In this document: piece by piece, positions 35,851 to 45,549 of the stretch
Layout of the letters: each line of letters opens with the position of its first letter
How positions within the stretch are numbered: position 1 is the first letter of the stretch
Assembly: GCA_016195715.1 (NCBI GenBank)
Contig: JACPZA010000029.1
Coordinates: forward strand, 30,493-94,492
Source of the DNA: Candidatus Daviesbacteria bacterium
GTDB lineage: Bacteria; Patescibacteriota; Microgenomatia; Daviesbacterales; UBA10151
Direction of reading: 5' to 3'
DNA length: 64,000 bases
The notes under the pieces: model-generated
Seen by the model: only the letters and a program-made list of their open reading frames with translations
What the model was told of the DNA's origin: nothing
Databases searched by the model: none
Translations under genes and position numbers: made by a program

Positions 35851-36129
35851 TTAGCTAGGTTTGGTTCCAAATCTTTTTAGAGCTCGGGCGTGAGCTCTCT
35901 TAGCTTCCACTTCGCGATTACGAGGCTCAGCATTAGTAATCAGTGAATCCAGTAAATCTTTGGCATCCAAACTTATCTTTTCAACTGTCTGATTGAATAT
36001 ATCTTCATTTACCTGGGAGGGCTTATTAAAACCGGATAATTTTCTGACAAATTGAAGCGAGGCTTCATGGATTTCCTTATTAGTTGCTGGCGGATCAAAG
36101 TTAAAAAGGGTTTTAATATTTCGACACAT
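35851..36129 (-). CDS. DUF2277 family protein
   Basis: MCRNIKTLFNFDPPAT...ASLQFVRKLSGF. Confidence 0.9.
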   Translation of the reverse strand: MCRNIKTLFNFDPPATNKEIHEASLQFVRKLSGFNKPSQVNEDIFNQTVEKISLDAKDLLDSLITNAEPRNREVEAKRAHARALKRFGTKPS

Positions 36130-36220
36130 TTTTCTGTTCCCATTCTTTGACTATAGCTAAGGTTTCTTCCTCAAGTTCTGGAATATGAACTATCTCCATT
36201 TTCTCATTTCAAAGATATCT

Positions 36221-36754
36221 TTATTTTAGTTTTCCAGTCGTAAAATCAACCTTTAATTCTAACGCTGATTTATCTTTAAAAACCTTTAAATAAAGCGTTC
36301 CATCATCTCTAACATTACTTATCTCACTTGGGTTTAACTCTCCTAGGTCATAGAGCAAGGTCTTTGTAATAACTCGCCCATCACTATCAAAGATAAGATA
36401 ATCCCTTCCCCCTTCGCCTAACCCATAAGGAACTATAAAGTAAGTTTTTTGGTAAAATGGAACATTCTGAATTCTGATCGTGTTGGAATCAAAGACTATG
36501 CCTTCAACAACAACTTTAGCAGAGAACTCATTTAAACTATCGTCCAGAAGAAGTATTTTATTATTTGCATCTATATAATTTGCAATTTTTTTATTAATTT
36601 GCCCTACTCTTTGAACATCCCAAAGGTGGGTAAGAAATCTCTGTTGACTATTATATTTCCAATAAAAATAAATAGCTAAAAGTAAAGAGACCAGTGTTAG
36701 TGTAATTAGTAATTTGGATTGGAATAGCTCTACTTTCAAATTTTTCTTTAGCAT
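36221..36754 (-). CDS. Hypothetical membrane-anchored protein
   Basis: Single N-terminal TM segment. Confidence 0.6.
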   Translation of the reverse strand: MLKKNLKVELFQSKLLITLTLVSLLLAIYFYWKYNSQQRFLTHLWDVQRVGQINKKIANYIDANNKILLLDDSLNEFSAKVVVEGIVFDSNTIRIQNVPFYQKTYFIVPYGLGEGGRDYLIFDSDGRVITKTLLYDLGELNPSEISNVRDDGTLYLKVFKDKSALELKVDFTTGKLK

Positions 36755-36788
36755 ACATAAACATCATATATCCTATGAGAAATATTAT

Positions 36789-37205
36789 CTAGCTTTGAGA
36801 ATTAGAAGTTATATTGACCATCCAGTGGGCACCAAATTTATCAGTTAACATTCCAAAGGTATCACCCCAAAATTGTTTGGCAAGAGGCATACCAACTTTG
36901 CCACCTTCAGCTAATTTATTAAACCACTCAGTCAACTTATCTTTATCACTTCCAGAGATGCTCAGATTAACATTATCTCCAAACTTTACTGGCCCGCCGT
37001 GACCACTATCACTTGCCATGAAGGTTAGAGCATCATTTTCTAAACGGGCATGAATGATTTGATCTTTCTCTTCTTCAGAGGCTGGCATCCCAGACTCACC
37101 GAAAGTTGACATTGTAAGCTCTCCTCCAAGAACTGATTTGTAAAATTCCATTGCCTCTTTACATTCACCATTAAATAAAAGATATGGATTTAATGTTGGT
37201 TTCAT
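36789..37205 (-). CDS. VOC/PhnB family protein
   Basis: LNPYLLFNG.CKEAMEFY...FWGDTFGMLTDKFG.HW. Confidence 0.9.
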   Translation of the reverse strand: MKPTLNPYLLFNGECKEAMEFYKSVLGGELTMSTFGESGMPASEEEKDQIIHARLENDALTFMASDSGHGGPVKFGDNVNLSISGSDKDKLTEWFNKLAEGGKVGMPLAKQFWGDTFGMLTDKFGAHWMVNITSNSQS

Positions 37206-37291
37206 TGCGTAGCAAGAGGCCTTGCCTCATTGTGAATTAATATAGCACAAGCAATCAGTTAATACAATCCGCTTAGAGTTACAGATTGGTT

Positions 37292-37918
37292 TTAGTATGT
37301 GGCTAATCTACTTCCCGGTTGGCGACGTAGTAATGCCAAAATAGAACCAATAGATTCAACCTCAAAACCTCGGACTGTTTCCATATACCTTAAAACAGGT
37401 GCACCAGTTTCATCAAGGCTTACGCCTCCATAGGCAGTTTCTGGTACTAGAGCATCTAAAACTCCCTCTCTGAAGTTACCTCTCAATGATAGATAAGACA
37501 TAAGGGGTGAACCTGTACAAAAGTCTGGAGCTATGTGTTTAACTGATCCATCTAAGTGAACAAAATATTGGCTTTTTCCCTCTGTTGTAACATCTTGAGG
37601 AAACAATACATTCTCACCATAGAGTTGTCTCAAACGGTACAAAGGTATGGACTCAGCACCAGAATAAATTCCCACCACTCCCGCTTGAGCAAGAGGGTGA
37701 ATGTCGGCTAAAACATCAAAACCCCCACCTTCAACAACCACTTCACGAGCATGTTTTAGAGATAAAAGAGGATCTCTGCTTTCTCTAACATATCTCCCTA
37801 ACTGAGGATCTTGCAGAACAATGGGTCTAATAGGTCCTCGATGGACTCTGAGATATCCGAGATTAGGGTTTGGATAGGTTTCCGCTTGCTTTGGCCATCT
37901 ATATTTAACTTCAGGCAT
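37292..37918 (-). CDS. Hypothetical protein
   Basis: Long ORF; ATG 37918 follows a TAGTAT -10 box. Confidence 0.6.
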   Translation of the reverse strand: MPEVKYRWPKQAETYPNPNLGYLRVHRGPIRPIVLQDPQLGRYVRESRDPLLSLKHAREVVVEGGGFDVLADIHPLAQAGVVGIYSGAESIPLYRLRQLYGENVLFPQDVTTEGKSQYFVHLDGSVKHIAPDFCTGSPLMSYLSLRGNFREGVLDALVPETAYGGVSLDETGAPVLRYMETVRGFEVESIGSILALLRRQPGSRLATY

Positions 37919-38010
37919 AATTTTGGCAATACTACACCATATACTGCCAAAAATCAATTATTAGTTTTTAATCTCTTCAATTTAGGGTCGCTGATAAAAA
38001 AATTAGTCAT

Positions 38011-38096
38011 CTAGACTGAAACATTGTACCCGACAGCTTTACCAATTAAATCCTTAAATCTGCAATTTGTTTATCAATTAATTCTGAGGGTTCCAT
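38011..38096 (-). pseudogene. Internally deleted remnant, probably DUF1801 family
   Basis: MEPSELIDKQIADL followed, in another frame, by KDLIGKAVGYNVSV*. Confidence 0.45.
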
Positions 38097-38100
38097 AAAG

Positions 38101-39519
38101 TTAATGTTGTGGTGCGCTCGCAGCGCTAACCCTTAATAGCTTAGCTCCTAAAATGGCAGCTAAGGCAGCAAAAATTGCTCCCACTAGAAAGGCAGAGTGA
38201 TAACCACTGTTTAAAGCTTCAATTTGAGATGTACCATTTAAAAGTAAACCCTGAGTAGTGAAAGCAGCTAAACTGGCAAGGATAGCTAAACCTAAAGCTC
38301 CACCCATCATAAAAGAAGTGTTGGCCAAACCAGAAGCTAAACCTGACTCTTGTGGCTTAACATCATTCATCGCAGCTAGAAGTACTGGGTTAAAGGCCAT
38401 GCCAGCACCAAGCCCTAGTAAAACCATACTTGGTAAAACATCAGTCAAAAAATTTCCATTAACAGGAGCTCTAACAAACAGTAAAAGTCCAACTGCAGCC
38501 ATTAAAAGTCCTAATGAAAGAGGTACTTTGATACCAAAACGAATAACCAGTTTAGCAGACAAACCCAGTGAGAAAGCTGCCATAATCAGATTTGCGGGTA
38601 AGAAAGCTAGCCCAACTTGTAGTGGACTGTAATGCAGAACTAGTTGAAGATAAAGAGCAGAAAGGAAAAACCAAGCAAACATAGAGGCAGCCCAGAGAAT
38701 ACCAATAACATTAGCAGTTGCCAGATTATGCAATTTAAAAAGATTTAATGGCATCAGCGGAGCACGGACTCGTGACTCAATCCAGAGAAAAGCTCCCATA
38801 AGCACTACTGCAATTGTTAATAAAACCAATGTCTGGGTAGAAATCCAACCAGCTTGATTTCCATTAACGATGGCATAAACAGCTATCAAGAGAGAGGAAG
38901 TGACAGTTATTGCTCCAGCAACATCAAGGTGTCTGTGTACCACATCAGCGCGGGTGTTTGGCAATAACTTCAAGGAAAGAATTATAACTGTAATCCCAAT
39001 TGGCACATTAACTAGAAAATTCCAATGCCAATCAAATGAATTTGTCAAAAAACCTCCCAATAACACCCCAATTGATCCTCCCCCAGCAGCAATAAAACCA
39101 AAATACCCCATGGCTTTGGTGCGCTCCTCTGGTTTAGTAAACAGATTCATGATTAGAGAGAGCGATACCGCTGCAGTAATAGCTCCTCCTAAACCTTGAA
39201 CAGCTCTAGAAAGAATTAGTAGCTGCTGTGAGTGGGCTAAACCACAGACCAAGGAAGCAGTGGTGAATAGGGTTATCCCAATGAGGAAAAGTTTTTTTTG
39301 TCCAAAAATATCACCAAGCCTGCCACCAAGAAGTAAAAAGCCACCAAAGGTCAGAAGATAAGCATTAATCACCCAAGCCAGGGAAGCTTCAGAAAAGTGA
39401 AGGTCTGTTCTGATAGAAGGAAGAGCAACATTCACAATGGTGGTATCTAGCACTTCCATCAAAGTACCAAGACAAAGAACAGTAAAAGCCAGCCAGCGAT
39501 TGCTAAGACTTTCTGTCAT
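38101..39519 (-). CDS. MFS efflux transporter, DHA2 (EmrB/QacA) family
   Basis: LDTTIVNVALP, GRLGDIFG, WNFLVNVPIG; 14-TM pattern. Confidence 0.93.
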   Translation of the reverse strand: MTESLSNRWLAFTVLCLGTLMEVLDTTIVNVALPSIRTDLHFSEASLAWVINAYLLTFGGFLLLGGRLGDIFGQKKLFLIGITLFTTASLVCGLAHSQQLLILSRAVQGLGGAITAAVSLSLIMNLFTKPEERTKAMGYFGFIAAGGGSIGVLLGGFLTNSFDWHWNFLVNVPIGITVIILSLKLLPNTRADVVHRHLDVAGAITVTSSLLIAVYAIVNGNQAGWISTQTLVLLTIAVVLMGAFLWIESRVRAPLMPLNLFKLHNLATANVIGILWAASMFAWFFLSALYLQLVLHYSPLQVGLAFLPANLIMAAFSLGLSAKLVIRFGIKVPLSLGLLMAAVGLLLFVRAPVNGNFLTDVLPSMVLLGLGAGMAFNPVLLAAMNDVKPQESGLASGLANTSFMMGGALGLAILASLAAFTTQGLLLNGTSQIEALNSGYHSAFLVGAIFAALAAILGAKLLRVSAASAPQH

Positions 39520-39991
39520 ATGCCTTTTTAAGTTTGTCTATATCAATTTTTTTCATTTGCAGCATAGCGTGCATTACTCTTTGAGCTTTTTCTTTATCAG
39601 GATCAGAGAGCATCTGACCTAATTGCTTAGGAACTATTTGCCAGGAAACCCCATATTTATCCTTGCACCAACCACACTGCTCAGACTCTGGAATAGCTGA
39701 GAGTTTTTCCCAGTAGCGATCAACTTCTGCTTGATCCGCGCAATCCACTATAAAAGAGATAGCCTCATTAAATTTAAAGATCGGTCCGCCATTAAGAAGG
39801 GTAAACTTTTGGCCATCCAATTCCACTTCAACCACCAGCACTGAACCTTCTGGCTGACCGGAAACTTTGGCTGCTTCTGCATCATATCTGGAGGTATCTC
39901 CAATTTTGGAGTTGGGGAAAACTTCAGTATAATAATTTGCCGCCTCTTCAGCTTGATTATCAAACCATAAACATGGACTAATTTTTTGCAT
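39503..39991 (-). CDS. VOC (3-demethylubiquinone methyltransferase-like) protein
   Basis: KISPCLWFD...LNGGP...CGWCKDKYGVSWQI. Confidence 0.92.
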   Translation of the reverse strand: MQKISPCLWFDNQAEEAANYYTEVFPNSKIGDTSRYDAEAAKVSGQPEGSVLVVEVELDGQKFTLLNGGPIFKFNEAISFIVDCADQAEVDRYWEKLSAIPESEQCGWCKDKYGVSWQIVPKQLGQMLSDPDKEKAQRVMHAMLQMKKIDIDKLKKAYDRKS

Positions 39992-40021
39992 AGTTCTATT
40001 ACTTCAAAGCTGCAGCTAGTT

Positions 40022-40528
40022 TTAGACCGAAGGTCGCAAACTGGTCTCAAGTTTATCAAAGCTTTGATTCCAGCCTTGAGTCATATTATCTAACATCTCT
40101 CCTTCAATTCCTGCAGTTGAAGGATAGGTTAAGGTCATTTTTGTCTTGCCATCTTCTAGCTGCTCAAAAGTGATGGTAATTTTTGCCTTCATCGGGAAAC
40201 TTCCTGGCATACCATAATAACTGGCTGGCACCACATTGCCATTTTCATCAGCAAAACTATCCTCAACTACTAATTTTTGCATGGGAACAATCTCTAAATA
40301 ATGCCCAGTGCTCCACATCTCTTTATCAAATGGACTGCCTGCAGGACCTCTCATAGAAACCAAATATTTACCCCCAACTTTAGGATCAATATTGGCATGG
40401 GGTGAAGTAAAGTCTTTTGGTCCCCACCATTTTTGAAATACCTCAGGATCAGTCCAAGCTTTCCAAACCAGCTCAACTGGAGCATCAAAGATTCTCTCAA
40501 TAACTAGTTCTTTTTTATCGTCAGCCAT
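40022..40528 (-). CDS. SRPBCC/AHSA1 domain protein
   Basis: RIFDAPVELVWKAWTDPE...WWGP...GWNQSFDKL. Confidence 0.92.
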   Translation of the reverse strand: MADDKKELVIERIFDAPVELVWKAWTDPEVFQKWWGPKDFTSPHANIDPKVGGKYLVSMRGPAGSPFDKEMWSTGHYLEIVPMQKLVVEDSFADENGNVVPASYYGMPGSFPMKAKITITFEQLEDGKTKMTLTYPSTAGIEGEMLDNMTQGWNQSFDKLETSLRPSV

Positions 40529-40847
40529 GTTTTTTAATCTTTCTCTTCTCTACTTCTAATACTTTATCCAAAGCCTCAAACCTTACATCCAAAACCTGAG
40601 CCATCTTTTTTGCCCAAACTTCTAACTTATGCATTGCTTCTGGATTAACTTGGTAAATTCTTTGCTGGGCTTTCTTTTCTACCTGAACCAAATTTGCTTC
40701 CCTTAAAACTTTTAAATGTTGGGAGATAGCAGGATGGCTAGCAGAAAATTTATCATAAATATCTGTTGCAGACAACTGCCCTTTTTTAGAAAGCATCTCC
40801 AAAATATTTCTTCTGGTGGGATCTGCTAATGCAGAAAATGTATCCAT
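40521..40847 (-). CDS. ArsR/SmtB family regulator
   Basis: FSALADPTRR...ISQHLKVLREANLV. Confidence 0.92.
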   Translation of the reverse strand: MDTFSALADPTRRNILEMLSKKGQLSATDIYDKFSASHPAISQHLKVLREANLVQVEKKAQQRIYQVNPEAMHKLEVWAKKMAQVLDVRFEALDKVLEVEKRKIKKHG

Positions 40848-40893
40848 AAATTTATATTAAACCATTTACTTAATTAAGTCAATACTTAAATAA

Positions 40894-41550
40894 CTAATTA
40901 AATCTTTTCCAAATTCCCTCAGAGATAACTGAAACATTTTTTCCATCAACCTTAATTGCACAATTATCATCTAATGCATAAATTGGAGAGGAGACTTTTT
41001 CAGCTTCTTGCTCAACATAATCAAATGTTAGTTCTGGAAAATAAGGACTATTAATATGAGGTTCAACAAGAAAATTTACTAAACCTAATCCATCATCATA
41101 TATTGTCTCCCCAATTTCTTTTAAAGGCTCCTTTTCAACACTAGAAAGTTTTAAACTTGGAGTAGTAATGATACTTCCTGCACTAATACCTATATAGACT
41201 CTAGTTTTTAGAAGTTTTTTTAAAATATCCTTTAACCCTGATTTATTGATCCAATACATCAAGTGGTAGGTGTTACCTCCTGAAAATAAAAGTGCATCTG
41301 AATCTTCTAATCTTTTCTGCCAGATTTTTTTTGGCAGAGCAGAAATATCTACAATATCAATAGATTTAAAACCCAGTTTTTGACACTCGAGTAAATTATT
41401 AATTAACCAACTTTTATCTCCAAATTCCACATTTGCAGCTGTAGGAATAAAAGCTAAGTTTAATTGATTAAAAGATTTAGCTAATAAATCTTTTAAAGCT
41501 TTAACTATAGATTGATTAGTTAATCCACCTGATGTAAGAAGTAGTTTCAT
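40894..41550 (-). CDS. Peptidase E (S51) / GATase1-like protein
   Basis: FIPTAA, GGNT, GISAGS, PH. Confidence 0.88.
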   Translation of the reverse strand: MKLLLTSGGLTNQSIVKALKDLLAKSFNQLNLAFIPTAANVEFGDKSWLINNLLECQKLGFKSIDIVDISALPKKIWQKRLEDSDALLFSGGNTYHLMYWINKSGLKDILKKLLKTRVYIGISAGSIITTPSLKLSSVEKEPLKEIGETIYDDGLGLVNFLVEPHINSPYFPELTFDYVEQEAEKVSSPIYALDDNCAIKVDGKNVSVISEGIWKRFN

Positions 41551-41571
41551 GGTTTGAGTGTAAAAGACAGT

Positions 41572-41835
41572 TTATTTTTTCTTCTTTAGCTCGTGGGCAA
41601 TAGTTGGTAAAGATTCTAAATCATTTAGTCTCTGATTATGATCTGTAACCTGAGCTGCAAAATGATCCAATTTCCTCTCTAACCTATCTATATCCGACTT
41701 ATCTGCTTTAGCATCTATAGCAGGTAATATTTGATCCTCAACAAACGTCCCAATTTCCGTTAAAATCCTTTGCTCAGTAGAATCAAGTCTATCATCAATT
41801 AACTTGCCAATTTTCTTTAAATCATCATCGTTCAT
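41572..41835 (-). CDS. Small coiled-coil hypothetical protein
   Basis: DDLKKIGKLIDDRL...ADKSDIDRLERKLD. Confidence 0.65.
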   Translation of the reverse strand: MNDDDLKKIGKLIDDRLDSTEQRILTEIGTFVEDQILPAIDAKADKSDIDRLERKLDHFAAQVTDHNQRLNDLESLPTIAHELKKKK

Positions 41836-41876
41836 TATTTGATAATATTTTAAAAGCACTTACAATACAATATAGC

Positions 41877-42725
41877 TTATTTTAAAAGTAAAACTCCAAT
41901 TGTTACTAAAGTTGCACTGATAACTTTTTTGGGTAAATTTTCTCTTTCTTTAAGGAATATTACTGCCAAGATAATGGTTAATATAATTGAAGATTGATTA
42001 ATTGGGGTAATTTGAGAAGCTTGACCACCAGAAGAAATTGATAAAAACCAAGCAATTGCAGCAAAGACATAAAAAAATGTTAAAAGTAGCATATTTTTAG
42101 CCCAAGTGAAATTATAAATAGCTTTAGCGATTTTAATTTTTTTAAATGAGCCTATTAAAATAACAATCCCTGGTAAGGCAAAAGCAATTGTTAGATAAGA
42201 TAAAGGCTCAGAATTTCTAGTTAAAAAAGCATCATTAGTAATCCCGAATCCAGCAAATAAAGAATAACCAAAGGCATATAAATATCCTTGATTAAATTTA
42301 AATAAGCCTTTTTTGTAGGAAACAAAGATAACAGCAGAAATTATGATTATAGTTCCAATAATATTTACTAAACTAAAATGTTCACGCAAAAGTAAAGTTG
42401 CTGATAAAATGGCAATTACAGTTTCCAAGGTTGTAATAATTGTTGCCTCAGAAGCATCTAGGTACTGATAAGTTTTAAACAGTAAGCTAGTAGCTATTCC
42501 CCAGAGTATGCCATTTAATAAAAAATTAACTGGATATTTAGTAATTGGAGGTAGCACAAACCCTCTTGAAAAAGCAATCACTCCAACCATTAAAGCGCCC
42601 AGAAATTGAAAAATTATGGCTGATAAATATGGATCAGTTTGATCATTTTTTAAAGCTACCTTTCTAAAAATATTAGAAAGAGTTGTTCCTAAAACTGAAA
42701 GTAGTGCTAAATAAAGCCATGTCAT
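41877..42725 (-). CDS. EamA/DMT family transporter
   Basis: About 10 TM segments, duplicated LLREH/FLKER motifs. Confidence 0.85.
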   Translation of the reverse strand: MTWLYLALLSVLGTTLSNIFRKVALKNDQTDPYLSAIIFQFLGALMVGVIAFSRGFVLPPITKYPVNFLLNGILWGIATSLLFKTYQYLDASEATIITTLETVIAILSATLLLREHFSLVNIIGTIIIISAVIFVSYKKGLFKFNQGYLYAFGYSLFAGFGITNDAFLTRNSEPLSYLTIAFALPGIVILIGSFKKIKIAKAIYNFTWAKNMLLLTFFYVFAAIAWFLSISSGGQASQITPINQSSIILTIILAVIFLKERENLPKKVISATLVTIGVLLLK

Positions 42726-42997
42726 AGCTTAAAATATTTTTGAGCGAAGTTTTGGAAAAGAGTACTATACATTAAAGCATCTTCTGCCATTTTTTCATCC
42801 TTGCCTAATAAAATCCTTTTAGATTTTTTAACTAATTTTTTTAGATAATCATTTAACTCTTGCTTCTCTAGCTCTTTTTCTCTTTCCAAAGCTTCTTCCT
42901 TAAATCTTTTAGCCATTTTTAAAGATCCTCTTTGCAACCCCAAAGCTACCCTTTTTAAATCCATGGAAAGTGCTTCTATAATTATTTTTTGATTCAT
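42722..42997 (-). CDS. Hypothetical protein
   Basis: LSMDLKRVA...AEDALMYSTLFQN; 4-nt overlaps with neighbours. Confidence 0.7.
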   Translation of the reverse strand: MNQKIIIEALSMDLKRVALGLQRGSLKMAKRFKEEALEREKELEKQELNDYLKKLVKKSKRILLGKDEKMAEDALMYSTLFQNFAQKYFKL

Positions 42998-43332
42998 AAG
43001 ACCTCTTTAAAGAAAAATCTGGTTAATTCCTCATAAATTCTCCTAACTTCTGAACTTTGAATTTCATTACTATTATTTTCTTGTTTAGGACGAATGTTAA
43101 TAAATGAGTTAAAATCAATTGTATTGGTCTCTAAATCAATTCCACCTCCCCAGATATCCTCTTGCTTGGAGCTTTGTTCTAGAAGTATCTGCTCTGATTC
43201 AAAGTGCCTGTTTGCTCCAGCTGAACAAATTTTTTTCTTAATATCTATCACGGTTTTTATATAAATATCGAATTGCTCTTTAACTATTTCAATTTCTTCT
43301 TTGGTAAAAGGCTCAGATTTTGTAATAATCAC
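42994..43332 (-). CDS. DUF5674 family protein
   Basis: IKTVIDI...H..SE..LLE..S.QEDIWGG...SFINIRP. Confidence 0.8.
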   Translation of the reverse strand: MIITKSEPFTKEEIEIVKEQFDIYIKTVIDIKKKICSAGANRHFESEQILLEQSSKQEDIWGGGIDLETNTIDFNSFINIRPKQENNSNEIQSSEVRRIYEELTRFFFKEVL

Positions 43333-43352
43333 AAGGCAATTTTAGCATAAAT

Positions 43353-44090
43353 TTAGCTTGCAGCATGGAATAATCTAGCGATAAAGTAGCCAGCAAAAGC
43401 TGCAACTAGACCAATTAAAACCATTCTTAGCCCACTCTTCCACCAACTACCAACTAAAGTTAGCGCTTGATACATCCCAACAGCAAACAAAGTTACGCCG
43501 CTAATTCCAACAGAAAAAATTAATCCAAAATGAGCAGTTAAAAAGAAAAATGGCATTAGTGGAATTAAATGGCCGATCATTGTAGCAATTGTCACTATTA
43601 CTGAGCTCTTTAAAACAGCTCTGGTATCAACAGGAGCAATTTTTAACTCCTCAGCCATCATAGTATCAACCCAGAGTTTTTTATCGGAGGTAATTGTCTC
43701 TACAATCTCTTCTAAAATATGTCCATTAAAACCTTTTTCTTCAAAAACTTGTCTAATTTCTTCTTTCTCCATTTCAGAATCTTCTTCAACCTCTTTTTCT
43801 TCCAACTTGCGCTCACTTTTATAATAATCCCTTTGAGACAAAGCTGATGTATAAGCTACAGCTCCCATAGAAAGTGATTCAGCAAAAGTCGCAGCCAAAA
43901 CTGTGGTAATTAAAATTTTTAAATCAGAAGTTGCAGCTAAAACCCCTAAAATAATACCTAGCGCATTCACTAACCCATCTTGTCCGCCTAAAATGACATC
44001 GCGAAGTGGATTATCTTTTTTGTGTTGTTTCTCGCTTTTGTGTTTTTCAAAATCTTCTCTACTGGGACGATCTGGAAGTTTAGCTTGCAT
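43353..44090 (-). CDS. VIT1/CCC1 transporter family protein
   Basis: RDVILGGQDGLV, SMGAVAY, MMAEEL, GHLIPLMPF. Confidence 0.9.
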   Translation of the reverse strand: MQAKLPDRPSREDFEKHKSEKQHKKDNPLRDVILGGQDGLVNALGIILGVLAATSDLKILITTVLAATFAESLSMGAVAYTSALSQRDYYKSERKLEEKEVEEDSEMEKEEIRQVFEEKGFNGHILEEIVETITSDKKLWVDTMMAEELKIAPVDTRAVLKSSVIVTIATMIGHLIPLMPFFFLTAHFGLIFSVGISGVTLFAVGMYQALTLVGSWWKSGLRMVLIGLVAAFAGYFIARLFHAAS

Positions 44091-44093
44091 AAT

Positions 44094-44612
44094 TTATTTT
44101 AGCAATTTCTCCATGACAAATGCTTCTTTAGTTTTTCTATCTGAAAAGCTTTCTAATTTTTTTTCCTTAATTTCAAACCCTAAACTTTGATAAAAACTCA
44201 ATGCTTGAGTTTGAGAAGAAAAAACATTTAATCTAGCTTTTTGCCATTTTGGATTTTTTCTAATTTCAGTAAGTAAATGTGATATAAGTTTTCTTCCTAT
44301 ACCTTTGTTTCTTGCTTCACTTGCTACAAACACTCCTTGGATTTTAACTGTTGGATTCAAATCTGGTGGATTAGTTTCCCTGGCACTTACCATCCCAACT
44401 AATTCATTATCTAATTTTGCAAAAAAGATCCAATAATTAATACCTTCAGCAGCTTTTGCTAGTCTTTGTTTCCACTTTTCATCTGACATGCTTAGAGCAT
44501 CTTCTAAGGTCTGTCCAAAAGCTTCGGGATTTTCTTTAAGAGCTCTTAATCTTAATTCTTTGTATTTTTGCCAATCACTGGGAGTCAGTTGAACTATCTC
44601 TAGAATGTTCAC
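44094..44612 (-). CDS. GNAT acetyltransferase
   Basis: LRLRALKENPEAF, FVASEARNKGIGRKL, FYQSLGF. Confidence 0.9.
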   Translation of the reverse strand: MNILEIVQLTPSDWQKYKELRLRALKENPEAFGQTLEDALSMSDEKWKQRLAKAAEGINYWIFFAKLDNELVGMVSARETNPPDLNPTVKIQGVFVASEARNKGIGRKLISHLLTEIRKNPKWQKARLNVFSSQTQALSFYQSLGFEIKEKKLESFSDRKTKEAFVMEKLLK

Positions 44613-45549
44613 TCTTTATTTTTACCACAACTTTGCCCTTTGGGTGAGAGTGCTCTAGATAATCAAAAGCTTCTTTAACTTGCTCAAGAGAAAAAACTTT
44701 ATCAATTAGCACTTTAATTTTTCCAGAATCTATTAGTTCGGCTAATCTTTCTAGTTTTTTTGAAGTGGTAGAAGTGTTTTGAGAAATTGCAGTCACACCT
44801 TTTTGCAAAGCTTGTTCTGGAGGAATTTGAGCTACCATTGAAACAAATATCCCACCTTTTTTTAAAACATCAAGTGACTTATTTGCTACATCCCCGCCAA
44901 CTGTATCAAAAACTCCGTCTAGATCTTTGACAATTTCTGAAAAATCCTGAGACTTATAATCAATAATCTCATCAGCACCAAGCTGTTTAACAAAATCTAT
45001 CTGGTCTTTACTAACTGTGGTTATGACATAAGCTCCCTGCATTTTGGCAAGCTGAATAGCTATTGAGCCAATTCCTCCAGCTCCACCATGAATTAAAATT
45101 TTCTGATCCTTTGAAACTTTTAAATGCTCCTCAATCGCTTGAAGTGCGCTTGTACCAACTAGAGGTAAGCCAGCAGCTTGTATGAAATCTAGAGTTTGAG
45201 GCTTTAAAGCAATATTTTTTATATTAGCGGCAGCAAATTCAGCTAGAGATCCTGAGCCTCCATTTAAAACTATAGCTTGACCAAAAACTAAGTCTCCTGT
45301 TTTAAAATCAGTCACATCAGGAGCAACCTCTTGTATAACTCCAGCAAAATCTCCACCTAAAGTTGATGGAAAATTTAAAGGTACCATTTCTTTTAAATAA
45401 CCCAAGCGAACTTTATAATCAATTGGATTTAAAGAAGCACTGTCAACTTCAACTAATATTTGTTCATTTTTTATTTCAGGTTTAGAAGTATCAGAATTTA
45501 TTTCTATTACCTCACTGCCACCATAGCTTTGAATTTGTGCTGCTTTCAT
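44575..45549 (-). CDS. NADP-dependent oxidoreductase (MDR/quinone reductase-like)
   Basis: SLNPID, GGDFAG, IHGGAGGIG, GKVVV. Confidence 0.92.
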   Translation of the reverse strand: MKAAQIQSYGGSEVIEINSDTSKPEIKNEQILVEVDSASLNPIDYKVRLGYLKEMVPLNFPSTLGGDFAGVIQEVAPDVTDFKTGDLVFGQAIVLNGGSGSLAEFAAANIKNIALKPQTLDFIQAAGLPLVGTSALQAIEEHLKVSKDQKILIHGGAGGIGSIAIQLAKMQGAYVITTVSKDQIDFVKQLGADEIIDYKSQDFSEIVKDLDGVFDTVGGDVANKSLDVLKKGGIFVSMVAQIPPEQALQKGVTAISQNTSTTSKKLERLAELIDSGKIKVLIDKVFSLEQVKEAFDYLEHSHPKGKVVVKIKSEHSRDSSTDSQ

